A stretch of 64,000 nucleotides of DNA, from positions 9,573,846 through 9,637,845 of the forward strand of contig CM082577.2 in assembly GCA_040954595.2 (NCBI GenBank), written 5' to 3'. Made by a program: the position numbers and the translations under genes. The notes below the pieces were generated by a model. The model searched no databases. It saw nothing but the letters and a program-made list of their open reading frames with translations, and was not told where the DNA came from. Below, piece by piece: positions 49,989 through 64,000 of the stretch. The DNA comes from Balanoglossus misakiensis. Taxonomy: Eukaryota; Animalia; Hemichordata. Position 1 is the first letter of the stretch. Each line of letters opens with the position of its first letter.

Positions 49989-52900
49989 ATGTTTATTATA
50001 CAGTACATGTACATGTAGCTTTGACTTTGGTGCATTTTCTCAACATTTTTTGTACTTTGGGCAAAATTATATTGTTCTAGCTAAAAAGACATGTTAAAAT
50101 ATAAATACAATGTAAAATGTATTTATAGTCGCAACACAACATGAAATACGGTACTATTTTTATTCACAAAACATGGCAATGATGGACGAGGACTCAGGAT
50201 CCATGCGTTGTGGGGTATTGGACGAACTGTAGATGTAGTACTTTGAATATATTAGGAACCCTGGTCTATGCATGCATGGCCAAATTTGAGTAAAAACCAT
50301 ATTATACATCTTACATCATAAAGTGTTCGCATAATGCAATTTAATGGAAATTTTAAGGAGAGATGAGCTGTCTGTCGAGAAGCAGACCAGAACTATATAA
50401 AAATTGTTGCAAATGTACATGTATGCAAATGATTTGGCATCCAGCCAAACAGAGAATGCCACAGTCACTCCACACATACAAACGCACATACGCTTCAGGT
50501 GTATTGGGACTCTGCATATACAAGTACATGTAGGGGGAACGTACTGTATTGTATGACTGAACATACTGAAGTATATAGGTGTACACGTATAATAAAGGTG
50601 GAGTTATGAAAATAAATAATTGCTGTCTCTTTTACTGCACAGGAAACTGATATGTCCATATGTTTTTACAAAGTTAAAAATAATTTAGCACGGTACAGGT
50701 ACTTGAACACACAGTTTTGTATGTTTTTGTGAATGTGTGGGTACAGTACTGCATGTACAGCATATGATCCCAGCGATATATGTACTGGTATATGTGTATG
50801 TAGACAAAGTCTAAAAACAACTTTTTTTAAAATTGCCAAGGTCAGCATTTTTTACAAACATAGCATTTCTTCACTGCCTGTCAAAACAGACTGCTTGTGA
50901 ACAGAATATGGGTAAATAGAAATTTCAGTGGTATCTGGAATTGGTCATTCGTTTTAAATGCAATCATTGCGCTAAAATCGAAAGTCAACATTGGCCTGTT
51001 TGGATATTCACTCCCTGTTATGAGAGGGAAAGTATCCGGGGCTGTTAAAATAACAAACTCACTGACCCCACATTTCACCCACTGGTCGGAATTACACCAT
51101 CGTCTAGAAAATATTATAGTCGTTCAGTGGTTTTGGTACTAGCCGACATCCTTCAGTGTTTGGTTTTGTCAGACGGCTAGCAAGAACTCTCAGTCAGCGC
51201 TAATTAGACAACCGTGCTTATAATAGAATTAAACTGTTTGTGGAATTATCCAAACTGATTACAGATTAAGAAAAAATATTTATTTAAAGATACACGTAAA
51301 TGATAGCGCTGGTTCCTTCTACTCTTGCCGTCAAAGAGCTCAGTAGACCTCTTTTCTTCACCAGATGTTTGTAAAGCAAAAGCCTTTCGGGGAAGTGAAT
51401 TTTCTAGAAATATCCACCAAGTTAATTCATCCCAAATAATTAGTTTTTGTAATTTTAAAAATGATAAAATCTTATAATTGGAAAGAAAATGGTGTAAAAA
51501 GCATTTCTGGATATGATAGTTCTTCAACAATTAATCATAAATTTGGTCAGGAAATTTGAAAAGAATCCACTGACTGCCACGTGGTAATGGTGGCTCAAAA
51601 ATGGCGTGTAATTTAACAGCTGTACAGATTCTATGAAACGAAATATGAAAAAGGCACAAGTAGGCTTTTAGATTAAAATAATTACGTAGATTTCTAAACA
51701 CCAAACACCAAAATCATGCGAAACAGCAAAACGATTGGTGAGCATGCCCCTCCGGAAGCCATTGGAACAAGGAACAAGCTGAAACTTGTTCAGACAACCA
51801 GAGAAGCGGATTTTTAATTTACGAGAATATTTCTGAGTATTGAGTCATGATATGGATATATTTTAAATTTCATGATTGGAAGTTAGTTGTCACGACAGAT
51901 ATCATTGGTTTGCATTTGAATTTTAGTCGAACTAAAGTAAGCCTTTCTGCAATATCATCACCAGGTGAGGTACCACTAAAGCAAGATGGCCGAAGGTGTC
52001 TTTCCTGTACGTCTGGCACTGTCTGACTTGAGCAGATGTGTTTGGCCAAGAAATGAGGGTCGGTCACAAATAAAAAATGTTTGATTTACTGATGACAGCC
52101 AAAATTTGGTGTGATGGGATCATGAGAAACAAAAGGAAAAAAACCTATTCAAAAATTATGAATAGTACCATGGCTGGTGTCAGTTGCAAAAAATTAATGC
52201 TCTCAAATTGTCCTGGAGTTGCGTGGAGTTATTTTCTGGAATTATCCGGAAATTAGTGAAATTGGAAACATTATAACGCTGACAACATTTTAACTTCCAT
52301 GTTGGGTCCATCGAATTCCCAAATTGGAAATACGAGTTATCATGATAATAGCATGATAATAGCCCATGATTTCTGTCTTTTGTAGTTTGCAAGATCGGAT
52401 CAGTCCTGACACGTCTGATTCAGTTTCTTTCAACGCTAAATTGACTTAATTTACTTATTTTGAGAAAATGATTCCAACTTGGCAACTGACTGTGTTGTGA
52501 AACATGAAAATTAATATTCCCTAGTTGGTATTATGGTGGATTTATTTCATGATATATTGAAATGAGAATACAAAGCAATCATTATTTTATTTATTTCTAT
52601 GGGTAGGTAAGGGTATTAAATGTATATACATGTAGATGCCTATCAGCATGATAATTTTTTCCAGTTTCAACGTTTTTTTGAATCACAGGATGAGGATCTG
52701 AAAATTGGTCAATTTTGTATTTTCTTTTGAATGATTTGTCCTATATGTACTACTAAGTATAATCGGTATGGTCGTAATTACTGCAATTTTGACATTGTGA
52801 TTTCTGTGTGTATTAAGCCAACAGAAAGAAAATGTGTGTTTCTCCTCAAAGTTGAATAAAATTATTGTTTCCCCTTGAAAAAGCCTTGTGATACACTTAA

Positions 52901-54691
52901 ACCAACACTCTAATGAGGTTTTAATGCATTGCGTGTGCAAGATTGACGGTTCCTCTATTGCGACGGGCCAACAAAATGACGTGTTTTTATTCAATTTTAT
53001 GAAGGATCAATATGTACTATTGAACTCTCAAAGAATAACAGAGAAAATATCATATCCGGACAGGAAATAGTTTATGTAGCACCAAAAAGTCATTTTTTGT
53101 GAGTTCATAAGGAATATAACGCTAAATTGTTTAAACACAATTACCGATAACCGCCCACAGACTCAATTATCATTTGATTTAGGTTAATAAAATATAAAGG
53201 TGGGCGGAGGAAGGGAAAACGCGATGATAGATTACTAGGCGTAAGTTGTTAAAACACGCAAGTTAACAAAATAAATTATGAAGTAGTGAAAGAAATTCCC
53301 ACTCCCCTAACTCTCGGTCAACAGTGTGCGTCACCTGGATGTTGAGCCGACTGTTTTGCCGACAAAATTACGTCAACAGCTCGCAGCGGACCGGAAAAGA
53401 CTAACACAGAACACAAAGGAAAGGCATCGTTTTGCAAATAACTGGAAGCAGTATCCATTATTAATTTGAATTAATATCCCACAATATTCCAGTAAGCTCT
53501 CGGCTGTTATCGTAGTCTCTGTGATTCTCGCGCACCTGTAATTAATCAAGACAATCGACTCTGGCTATAATTATATATTTTGAACAATTAAATGTGGGTT
53601 TTTGTGTTTGGTAGGTGCCGCTCTTGATGTGTTTTAAGTTTGTTAACTGCACAATCCTTTTTCATTAGTTGTAGGGTACATGTACGATATTGTGTGACAG
53701 CTCTTTAAGTTGTAACTTTTGACTTTTTTACAGCATTTCTACATTCTCCTCAGTCAAGTTTTCGTTGCTACATATACTGTGCATATACTTTGCATGATGT
53801 TGCCACATTTCCATATATGGTCATTTCTCAGCGATGGCTAATTACTCTGACATGTGTGTCAAATTAGCATATTATTGATTTCAGCTGTGCCAAAATCACC
53901 AAAAGTAACTTGCTGTGAAAATGGGGGACCAACAAAACATCAACGGAAATAGGCTAATCGTGCAACTTTTCCATTTAATCCTTGCCCAGGGATACAATAG
54001 AAAGTGGATATCAAATGTCATCTGTCTCGGTTTGAGGTTGTTAAACGGTTTAGACTGTCTGAGATGTCGAGTGAAGGTGTTCTACTTTTAAATAAATAAT
54101 ACCGGTATATAGTTGTGTTTGTCAGGTGCGAGATCTGCTTATAGCAAATCTTAAATAAGGGTGTACACGTAGATGGCTTTGCAAAGCATGTTTGCTCTTA
54201 GTCACAAGCTTAAGTTTCAATTCCCAATCCCCATTTTCCTGTATACATGTATATGGGAGAAAACATTGTACATATACATGTATGGCAGTACATACATGTA
54301 CATGTACATGGTTCAAAGCTAACATTCATTGTCTCTCTCTGCTTGCCTACCTATCTGGCAGGGGCCAATTTGCAACATTTGATGTACGAATAATGACCAG
54401 GCAGTGGCATTGAACTTCAGTTGATCAAATATATATTAACCTTTTTTTCGCGACTGACCTTTCTCGCCCACAACTCCTCGCCATAGGAGATGCTGTATGT
54501 GGGAGATACTCAGATAGCCACCCTCAATCACACCGTTCAGCTGGTCCCAGTTGACGTGATATTCAATATAATCGTACGGAGGACTCCTTAGATGGATAGG
54601 AGAATTATTAAGAATGACAGACTGCGAGATGGGGAGATTTTTTAATATACCCTGGAAGTATTCTGGTTTGGAAAACATATTTTGGTCGTTT

Positions 54692-54755
54692 GCGACGTGG
54701 TTTTTTTTTATGCTGTCGCCTAGTGTGAGGCGACAGCATAAAAAAACCACGTCGC
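54692..54755. repeat. Near-perfect inverted repeat (hairpin)
   Basis: gcgacgtgg(t)n-atgctgtcgcct agtgtg aggcgacagcat-(a)n ccacgtcgc. Confidence 0.8.
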
Positions 54756-54842
54756 CGTGATCCCTACATCTGATTTTAATCAGATTGACATATTGTACAA
54801 GTACAGGGGTTCCAGCCTAAATAGCTGGTAAATAATTAAAGA

Positions 54843-54890
54843 AATAAACAAACAAACAAACAAATAAATAAATAAATAAATAAATAAAAT
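54843..54890. repeat. (AAAC)n(AAAT)n microsatellite
   Basis: Read directly from the sequence. Confidence 0.85.
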
Positions 54891-57800
54891 CAACAAAAAA
54901 TTCGTTAAAACATATAATGTTGATGTGTTACGTACATCCATACCATCCATCCACACATACACTCGCACGTATGCACAATACATAGTCCTGAACGTATAAT
55001 ATACCTTCAGGTACATACATGTAACATACATATGTGTGAAAATTAAGGGCCTGTAGAGGATAAGGGCCTGTTAATGGTCAGAGATTGCGAGAAGATGTTC
55101 ATGGTCACTCTATCTAGCATATTATATGCACATAAATTAAGAAAAATGGGGAAATAAAATTGACAACTGGAAGGGGATGGTTTTTATGACCTCTCTATCT
55201 GTTTGTTTTATGGCCAACCATATTGTTGACCCGTACCTCACCACCGGATGCAGTACTTGATCAAACTCTTGCGAGCACTTGTGCATAGAAATCTAAAAGT
55301 ACATGAATTGTTTACGACAGTCTGAGTTTTTTTCTTCACAGAATGAAGCTATTGAGAAGAAATTAAAGACTTCAGGTTTTTTTTATTAGGTTGTGGTACT
55401 CAGACACTTTTCATTTTAAAATCTAGAATTACACCCTTCACCTCTCTCCAACCTATGCGCTGCTGGTTTATGGTTTGGTTGTGTGCAGTCTGGACACTTG
55501 AAAATCCATTATTTCTACTTGGCCTGTCACCCAGTGGGACAAAATAAACATACTGAATGGCTCGTTTTGTTCAGTTTTCTCAACTCAGTTTTGTAGGGAC
55601 CGTAGAGCTCAGACTGGTGATGTCTTTGCCAGCAAATAAAACCAGCCAACTTTTTTCCACCTACACTGGAGTTTAAGCATCAGCAGAAAAATGACCTACA
55701 ACTAGCTTAAACTTTTTCATATTGGTCAAGTAACCTGAACATCAATAAAATCACAGTCACCATGCTACAATTGATTCTTTATTCACCTTTTGAATTTGTC
55801 TTTGTGGACACTTGGCCTACACCCAGCCAGCTGTCTGTGGCCATTGTTCCTACTCATCAAAGCTAAGTTCGCTTGCGGCCGTACATTGTCACATTGGATA
55901 TACAAAGCGTCTGACCTGACCCGACGTGATCTGTGCCAGGCTTTCAGATGGGCTTTCCAGACTGGGACAAATTAGCATGATTAACCGGAACTGACTTCTA
56001 TAGTATTCCATGGATTATTTAATAACCATGCATGGTTGCTTTGTGTACTAGAAATTAATCTATTGATTGTCTGTTGGTTAGGCAACTGCAGTGGACTGGT
56101 CCATGGCAGTATACAGCGATACTGGCCACATTGAGATAACAATGCTGTGTCATCTTCCATTACATATTGTTCTGGTAGATTGACCTACATTTTTACGTCC
56201 ACCACTTGCCTTGTTAGAAATTTACGGAATCTCACCAACACAACCAGATACATGTATCTCCATTTTGATTAAACTTCAGTTATTCCCAATGAAAGTTAGG
56301 TCTATAGAGTGGTCATTTTCAACTGTTTCTGTCATTCGATCAGTGAGATAGTAATTCACAATATGCAACTAAATTGTATTAAATTTCCACTTTTCTTACA
56401 ATTGTTAGAATTGAAAATGACACCAAAATTGCGAGAAGCTTTCCTGTGTATCTGAGCAGAAATTTGCAGCTGCATCTAAATTCAAGAAAGGGTTGCCAGG
56501 TACATGTACCTGTTGCTTAGCAACAGTTTCAAAGTAAAAAAAACATGACGACCACCTAATAAATATTTCAGATATTTGTCCATGTACATGTTTGGTACAA
56601 ATCAGACCATATGGTGTGTAGTTTTAGTGATTGCCAACGTTGATGGGTAAAAATACTTGCATGGCAAAAATTTCACCAAAACTGGTACGATATGTCTTTC
56701 TGTTGATCTGCTCAGTAGATAAGACTATATAGCATTAGCTCTAGTGATTTTAATAATCAAAACCCTTTTATCTGCAGAAATATCTTTTATATAATCTCTT
56801 TTATAGCGAACTGTAAAAGCACAGTCACCTCTCCAAGCCTTGCACTTGATCTCACCTTTTGTCACCTTCTCAGTCGTGCAACGACTCGCTAATGCCCAGC
56901 CACTGCATCTGAAGCCCACTTGATTCCGAGAGTCAAAGCTGCGAGAGTACTGTAAGACGTCATTTCAAGAAGAATTTGAGCTTTATGGCTCTGTAAAAAT
57001 AATGCTGAAAGTATGCCATTAGGTTTCGAGTGAATAACCCGCTAGATGGGCTTGATGAGATACTCGGAGGGTTTTTGTAGTTTCTTGGGAGATCTGGTAT
57101 TCATGAGAAATTTCGTTTGTAGTGTGCGTCGCAGATCGCATATCGTGGTTGTGCCGTCCCACATACCTGAGAGAAGCTTTGCCACCAATTGTATGTCTGT
57201 AACATCTAGAATTTCTGTCAGAATGTGGGGGAAAAAGAAAAACTAATCCTGCTATTAAAATATCCGAACAAAGTGTGCTCTTGGACATTCTTTGGACTTT
57301 TCCTTCAGTGTTGAAGGTTTTTCATACCATTGGCTGTTTCTGTTAAATGATCTTGCAAACTGCAAAAAATGTGTTAAAATCTCAAAATATGACAATTTGA
57401 ATCTAGGTTTCAAATTGTGAATCTCATATTGATAGTAAATTTAGAATCATTTCATGTCTACAAGTTAAAGCCCTATGAGCTGCAACTTTCATTTTGATGG
57501 TTTTACTTTCAGACTTATATTGGTCCATTCAAAGCTTCTGATGGGTCACAGTACACAAATGTATTATCAACCTCTGATTGCGGCAGATGTTTAATGTTAA
57601 CATGTTACACATAAATAATAAATGGGGGCCACACCCAATTATTCAGCCTCCCAGTGCAAGACTCTGTGCATTGTATTATGGTATGCTCATACATGTATAT
57701 TAGAATCTTCAAATCCACAAATTCAACATGGTGTTGTATATTTTGCCTATCAGGATATGGAGAAGAAAGTGGGGCTTTAATTTTCCTGGTAATTGTCACA

Positions 57801-58971
57801 GTTATCACTATGGCATGAATTTTTTCCTCTGGCGCAATTTTTGTTCCTTTGGAGCAGAACTGATTGAGGCATACTTTGTAAAATTGGAAAGAGCTAACCG
57901 ATATATACACACCGCCTTTGATTAAAGACATTTTGGCATGCGAATGTACTTGAAACTCAGCGGAGGGTAGAAAGTTATGCAGACATACATGTACGTACTC
58001 TGTCATCCCTAAACGCAGCGTAATCTATTCCAGTTCTGCAGATTTGCCCTACCCTGAGGCAGAAGTCCCACAGTAAAGATTTCAATACATAGTTGTTGAA
58101 TATTCGGGTGGGGGAGAGAGGGGGGGGGGGTGATTTCTTGAGAACTGATTTTCTGGCTGTAGGGAAGAACTGTTTGGAGAAGAATGTTTGCGTACCCAGC
58201 TATATAATTAAGGTGGTGATATGCTGAGACCCGTAGGCCAAGCTTAAACACATTTTGTCTGCTTTTCCATGCTCCACATGCAGACAAAACTGCAGATTTT
58301 CAACAAAATTAAACTAACGGCCAAAGCGAGCAATTGTACCGATACTGATGGAGGCTTGATTCTTGACCAAAAAACTGAAGTTGCCCATCCCAATTTCGCA
58401 AATTGAATCCCAATATTGTGGTGTTGAATGCAAGGAACAAAGTGTGTAACCCCACACAAAGTATCCGTGACCAAGTTTTTGTTGTTTTTGTTACTCGACT
58501 GTCGCCACGTAAACAGCGGATGGCACAAAGGAGACTGGCGAAGTCAGGCCATGACCCTGACTCTGAGAGACTTTAAGCCCAAAAGCTTTGAAGTTGCGAC
58601 CTGTCAGTCAAATTCAAGTTGTCTAGTAGTAAGTATGCAAATCCAGCATAAACCGCATTCTCAGAAGTACAGTAATAGCAGTGGCACACTCAATCTCAAT
58701 CTCTAACGCGTACAAATGTAGCTGTGAGATATCCATTGGCTTTCTCATTTGCGGTGCTCAGTTCTACAGTCGGGGTATTGCAACTTGATCTGTGATCGTG
58801 AATTTGTAAGCTTTTAATGCTTGCGTCGCCCGAGTTTTCGACCTGTAATTGGTTTTACGTGTGTAATCTTCAGATCTGCCTGTTTGCACCTGAGTCATCC
58901 TGACCTGTGTAGTACTTCTACTTTTTACTAATTCGTACCGAAGGCTTCTTTACAAGTGTATTTTCTTTGTA

Positions 58972-59017
58972 TGAGAGAGAGAGAGACAGTGAGAGAGAGA
59001 GAGACAGTGAGAGAGAG
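58972..59017. repeat. (GA)n-based compound tandem repeat
   Basis: Repeated gagagagagagacagt units. Confidence 0.8.
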
Positions 59018-61113
59018 GGGGGGTTTGGAGAGAAATAGAAATATGCGATGCATAATAAGAGTCTTCTTGTTCAAAGTAAATTGTTATTGTGGACAGATGA
59101 ATATTGCAAGAGATAATAAAATAGATTGTAGAGAATATCCCTCGGGTCATCAATTACAATAATTGCATCTCACAATTACTCTCTCCTATACCTGTCCTCC
59201 AGTACTTGTCAATAATGAAGTTTGAAATGAATATTTGTAATTAGGGTTGGAATCATCGATGAGTAAGTGGTTTTGCATGTGTGTGTGTGCGTGTGTGTGT
59301 GTGATCCAGTGCCTTGATGGCTTTCTCAAAATTGCATGTAGGTGTAGATGCTGTAGCTTATGTTGAGTTCATCTTGACATTGTAGCTTTCTGCAGGAGTT
59401 CCCGCAGCGCCCGTCTTCAGTTAAACTGATATGTTTTTCCCTTCGCAATAAAAAAAAGAAAAAACAAGGTCAGATATGTTTTGACTTCACTGATTGGGCC
59501 GATTCAACCATGTATAGTCCCAGCTGGACGCGGCGACGATTCTGAGCGGAGAAGTAATTTGCACCTGTTCCAGCTGTCTTGTTATAATGGTCGGCTCAAA
59601 TGGATTCCGATCTGATTGCGAGGCATCGCTCCGTATAAAAATAGATCTGAATCCCGTGTTTTTCGTCGGTTGTTTTCACATGAATGAGTGCTAGACTCTG
59701 ACAAACATTAATTCTGTGGTCACTGTCGCCCTGGCTGGGTTTTTCTCTCTCTAGGGTGTATTGCATTGCAACATTTTTATTAGCCACAAGGGATGAATTA
59801 TTTTCCTTTTTGTCTGTGACATAAGTTTGATTTTTGCGATCAAAATAAACTTGTAAAATGCATGAAATTCACATATAGTATGCTGAATTTATACCCAGAA
59901 TAGACATATCTGTGTCTGTTTGAGCCATTTGATTCAGCAGCCTTCTTAATACCTCCATGAAGAGATCTTTTATTGAACACAAGATTAATTGTACACGAAA
60001 GACTCTTGTGTTAGTAAATAAGTTTAGGTTGTAAATGAATGGGTGCCATGTTGCGAGGAAATAAATTTTATTTGTACAAGGTGCAGATGATTGACACTTA
60101 ACGTTATGAGGTACTTAAATCACCTGTGTACCAGACAGTTGATTTTGATTGTAGAGTACATGAGCTGTACTAGAGCATGTACCATGTGTACATTTGTAAA
60201 TTCTCAAGGTTTATAGTTACTAGATTCCAGTTGTAACTTAGGGTTCAATGATCTTGTAGGTGGCAGACATCGTCAGTAGACTATGGTCTCATGTAAAATT
60301 TATAGAAGATGTGCATGTATCTTCTGATTCTTCCCTCAGGAGTGTGTCCTTGTGGAATACACAGCTTGAGTTTAATCGCATTCACGGTCGGTACATATAT
60401 CTTTTACAAACAAACTCCATTTGGAGTATTTCTTGAATGCATACATTTACATTCACATAAATTTGTTGCCTTGTTCTTTAGTTGTAATGTGTGTGTCTGA
60501 ATAGATGGGGTTGAAAAATACAGATTTCAAGTACATTTCATCTATCTTTTTTAGCCTGCGGTGTAGATGTAATTTTCCAGATACACTGCAAAAATGGCAG
60601 AAATTGCTGCCTGCAGCTATACAATTAGGTGTCAGCTAATATGCTTGCTTGCGTTGATTGCCCCAAAGTTCTTGCAAAGTGATTTGATGAGTGAGTTTTG
60701 TGTCTAGTTGTGTAGGCGAAATTGTGCGAGAGTGTGCGTTTCAAAATAAAATTGCGTGTCGGTTGAATGAATGTGTCGGACCGATACAGTAAGTTCATTA
60801 ACTTGAAATACAGCTACTCTTTCTTGAATGTATAATTTTACTGGAATTGAGGTCATTTGACTGAGTGTGCAATGTAAAGGAGATGGTAATTTCTCTCTCT
60901 CGCAAAAATGAGTTGTAATCTTTGAGTTCACCAGACCTTGGCCAAACTGCATATAGGCTTGATAAACATTTTGCAAACGAGAAAACTAAATTATGCACTG
61001 CCTGAAGTATTTTGCTCTGATCATTTGCAAAACTGCTTTTCTTAAGATCATCCCCAACAATGTAGGAAAATTGTGGGGCAAAAATTTGCGTAATTTGTGT
61101 GCCCAGGCTGTTA

Positions 61114-61301
61114 TAAGGGGAGAACCATTTGATTTGGGGGGGGGGGGTGAAATAAAATAATTTGGTAGATAGTGCAGAGGAAAAAATCTTCTGTAATGCC
61201 TTGAAGGGAAATTAAGGTGGACTGGCAATCGAAACAAAATTCTGGCATACCCTAACCCCCCCCCCCCCCCCCCCCCCGGAAATCAAATGGTTCTCCCCTT
61301 A
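61114..61301. mobile_element. MITE with 22-bp perfect TIRs and sub-terminal G and C runs
   Basis: taaggggagaaccatttgattt ... aaatcaaatggttctcccctta, with poly-G inside the left TIR and poly-C inside the right TIR. Confidence 0.8.
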
Positions 61302-64000
61302 AAGATGAAACAGTACATCGCAGATCCTTGAGAGCGTATGCCAACTATTCCATACTTCAGATCTTGTCAAAATTCACACTCTCTCTTTGTATCAGCTTAG
61401 TCATGCAGAACTGTCCGTTTCGGCATGACTGGATCCCAAACATTTTTTTCTCGCTCGGTAATAAATTGCTGATGCGAGGCAGCAGGCATCTCTTTCCTAC
61501 CCTAAGGTGATACTTTTTCACTTTTACTGGCCCACCACTCACTGCATCAAGGTTTGCTTGACTGAATTTCCCCCCACCAGAATTTGTTTTTAGTACATGT
61601 ATGCATGTGGGGCCTCAGTACGTAAAAGTAAAATGCTTTCTTTGTCGTGCCTGAAAATTTGGACAAATTACGTGTAGTCAAGCATCGTACCCTTTTTTTG
61701 TCTTCTTCACTTTAAGGTCGTGTAAAAGCCAACTGGAAGGCGTGTACCCTGTGGGGATTTTTTTATTCAGAATGAAAGCCTTTTCACTTCAGGACAGCTA
61801 GGACACACACTGATGGAAGCTTTAAGTTCTAACTGCCACCAATGCTGAGATAGCTGGTTTGTACCATGGTACCTGCAAAAGATACCAGCAAATATCAATT
61901 TAGTTGTTTTTTTGTTAGACCAAAAATGTTTACAAGGATAATAAACTGAAAATTGTGTCAATCCAACCTCGTTTCCATATTCCGTATATTAGGGTCCGAT
62001 TCCATTATTCAGTATGACTTTGTATGACATTGACACATTTTGTAGAATAAAAAAAAGATAGAATTCTTCTTTTATCATGAGAATGTAATCTTTTACAGGG
62101 TTTTCTGGAAGTTGGCCATTTATTCTTCGACCGTTGATGACAGTGTAATATAGTGTGAAAGGTTAGTGACTTCAAGAGTCATCAAGGTGAGGGGAATGAG
62201 AGACAGATATACAGACAGTGAGAAAGAGAGGGAGATGGATATTATACTTTGTCTTGTAGCAATTTGGCTGTAACTTATGCAAGCAAGGAAGTTAGGAGTT
62301 TAAAATTTATCGGCAGGATGCAGATCCTGCAGATTGGCAATCTCGCAACAGGAAATCAGAATGTTAGGAGCCTGGGTTTCGCTGATGATGTGCTGGTGTG
62401 GTTTCTTTTCATTAGTTATGCATTGAAATCTGAAAAAGAGCTGAACACAGTGTTCTGGACTTATGAGGATTGAACCTGGATTTCTGGTGTATTGTTTATA
62501 CATGTACATAAAAAAGTTGCTGTATCTAGTAATATGCCACATTTCGTATGCAGTCATGCTTGCATGACAAAGCTGAAGATAATATGAATGTTGATACTTT
62601 ATTCTCCCATGGAGATCGAGAGAATTGCCGCATTGACATGGTGGAAGGTTTAACAGATGTAATCATGTTCTTGTTGTGTTAAATTTGGCTTTCGGTTGAA
62701 ATAATTCACGGCGACAACTTTATAGCGAATGGAATAAAGTCCCTGAAACGCCTGGAGTGTTATAACCCAGTGAGAGAATGTGAAATTCTCTTTCGCCTGG
62801 AATGCTGCGTTTCAAATTAGCTTCGGTCCCTCAGCTGAGTCGATGCTCACTTCAGTGCGGTATTGATACAAGCAGCCAGGCGTACCCCAATTTTTTTCAG
62901 TGCACAGCTACATTGTACATGTAGCAGCTCAACTGGTTAGAAATTGCTAGAAGTGTTCTTCTGCAGTTCAGCAACTATCATTGGTCAAGTGGTACATTGT
63001 ATCATGTGATGTCCACATATGAACCAATCAAAGGTAGCACAGGTTAGAAGCTGAGTATTTTGATGCTGGCACAGGTTTGAAACTGACACATTTTGATCCA
63101 AAACTGTCAAAATTGTCCATGGCATGCGTAAATCCTGCCAAAGTCAATCTGTGGAGTGAAGATGGATTTCTTCTGGGTTAAACGCATGCAACAAAAAACA
63201 CCATAAAATGTGGTGTTATTTGTGTGTTGCATATCAGACACCACCTGAATGTATGGTTACACGCCATCAAAGGCCATGGTGTACATGTACGTACAACCTT
63301 CGCGAATCTCTTTTCAGGAGATAAATATTGAAGCAGATGCTGGGCACATTCTTGGTTTGTGTACCTCAGCTGTTACCATGGAAACAGACATAGTTCCCTC
63401 CATGACTCTGTGCTGTGTTTCGTCATGAACAGATTTGCCAGGCAGCTCCGCGACTAATTTTGCTAAATACTACATCAGGTGTTCATGTATCTGCCTGATG
63501 GATTTCCTAATCCGCAGAGATATCTTGAGCGTATTTTGACTAAACCTACTCAGAAATATTGCTCGGTACATGTAGTGTACATAAAACCAGTTTGTAAGTG
63601 TCTTGCAAGCTTACAAAGCTTAATGCTGAAATGCTGTGTTTTTTTGTAAAGCTTAAATGTTGATATCTGATCTGCTAGCGTTAACAGTGATTCTCGACAA
63701 ACCACTGATTGGCACAACAGGTGTTATTTTGGCTCGTAATAAGGCACAATCACGCAAAGACTTGGAGGAAACAAAAACTGATAGAATGACAGCCAGAAAT
63801 TGGATGCCAGCTATTCTATACGTAGACTTCCAAATTAAAGCGGCCTTGTCAGCTATGCTTTCTTCCTAAGCAGTAATATTAGTATATTCGCGCAAACACT
63901 CTCAATGCCCCATTGAATGGTGTGATATACACAGTACAAAAAGACACCCGCTGCGCGAGTCTGGGTGGAATAAATGCTGTATTGGCGGGTGATTGACCAT

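Noticed and set aside
62440-62490. tRNA B-box-like GGTTCAATCC on the minus strand
   Set aside because: No cloverleaf or A-box; at most a decayed SINE.
43000-64000. Many 60-130 aa ORFs in the supplied track
   Set aside because: No recognisable motifs, codon bias or chain of in-phase exons; consistent with intronic background.

Overview
This is eukaryotic (animal) genomic DNA, not prokaryotic. It is AT-rich and has spliceosomal introns, many short MITE-like inverted repeats and frequent TACATGTA motifs, a style typical of marine invertebrate bilaterians; the species cannot be determined from the sequence. I reconstructed five protein-coding genes by hand from splice sites and reading-frame continuity: (1) MPG, 3-methyladenine DNA glycosylase, minus strand, 2 coding exons, 3' end running off the window; (2) an inactive rhomboid (iRhom/RHBDF), plus strand, head-to-head with MPG, 14 coding exons, about 864 aa; (3) NOL11, plus strand, 13 exons, about 666 aa; (4) an intronless folate-receptor/riboflavin-binding-protein-like Cys-rich protein; (5) exon 1 of a probable xylosyltransferase (XYLT), followed by more than 21 kb with no recognisable exon. 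The most notable observations are a textbook U12-type intron in NOL11, structured candidate RNAs in many NOL11 introns (box C/D-like, long H/ACA-like, a duplicated G·U-rich hairpin, and a ~300-nt multi-hairpin element), the MPG-iRhom divergent pair known from the vertebrate alpha-globin flank, a possible mitochondrial/nuclear dual start in MPG, and repeated RFX X-boxes. Most entries in the supplied ORF track are spurious. Gene identities rest on remembered motifs; no database search was run.
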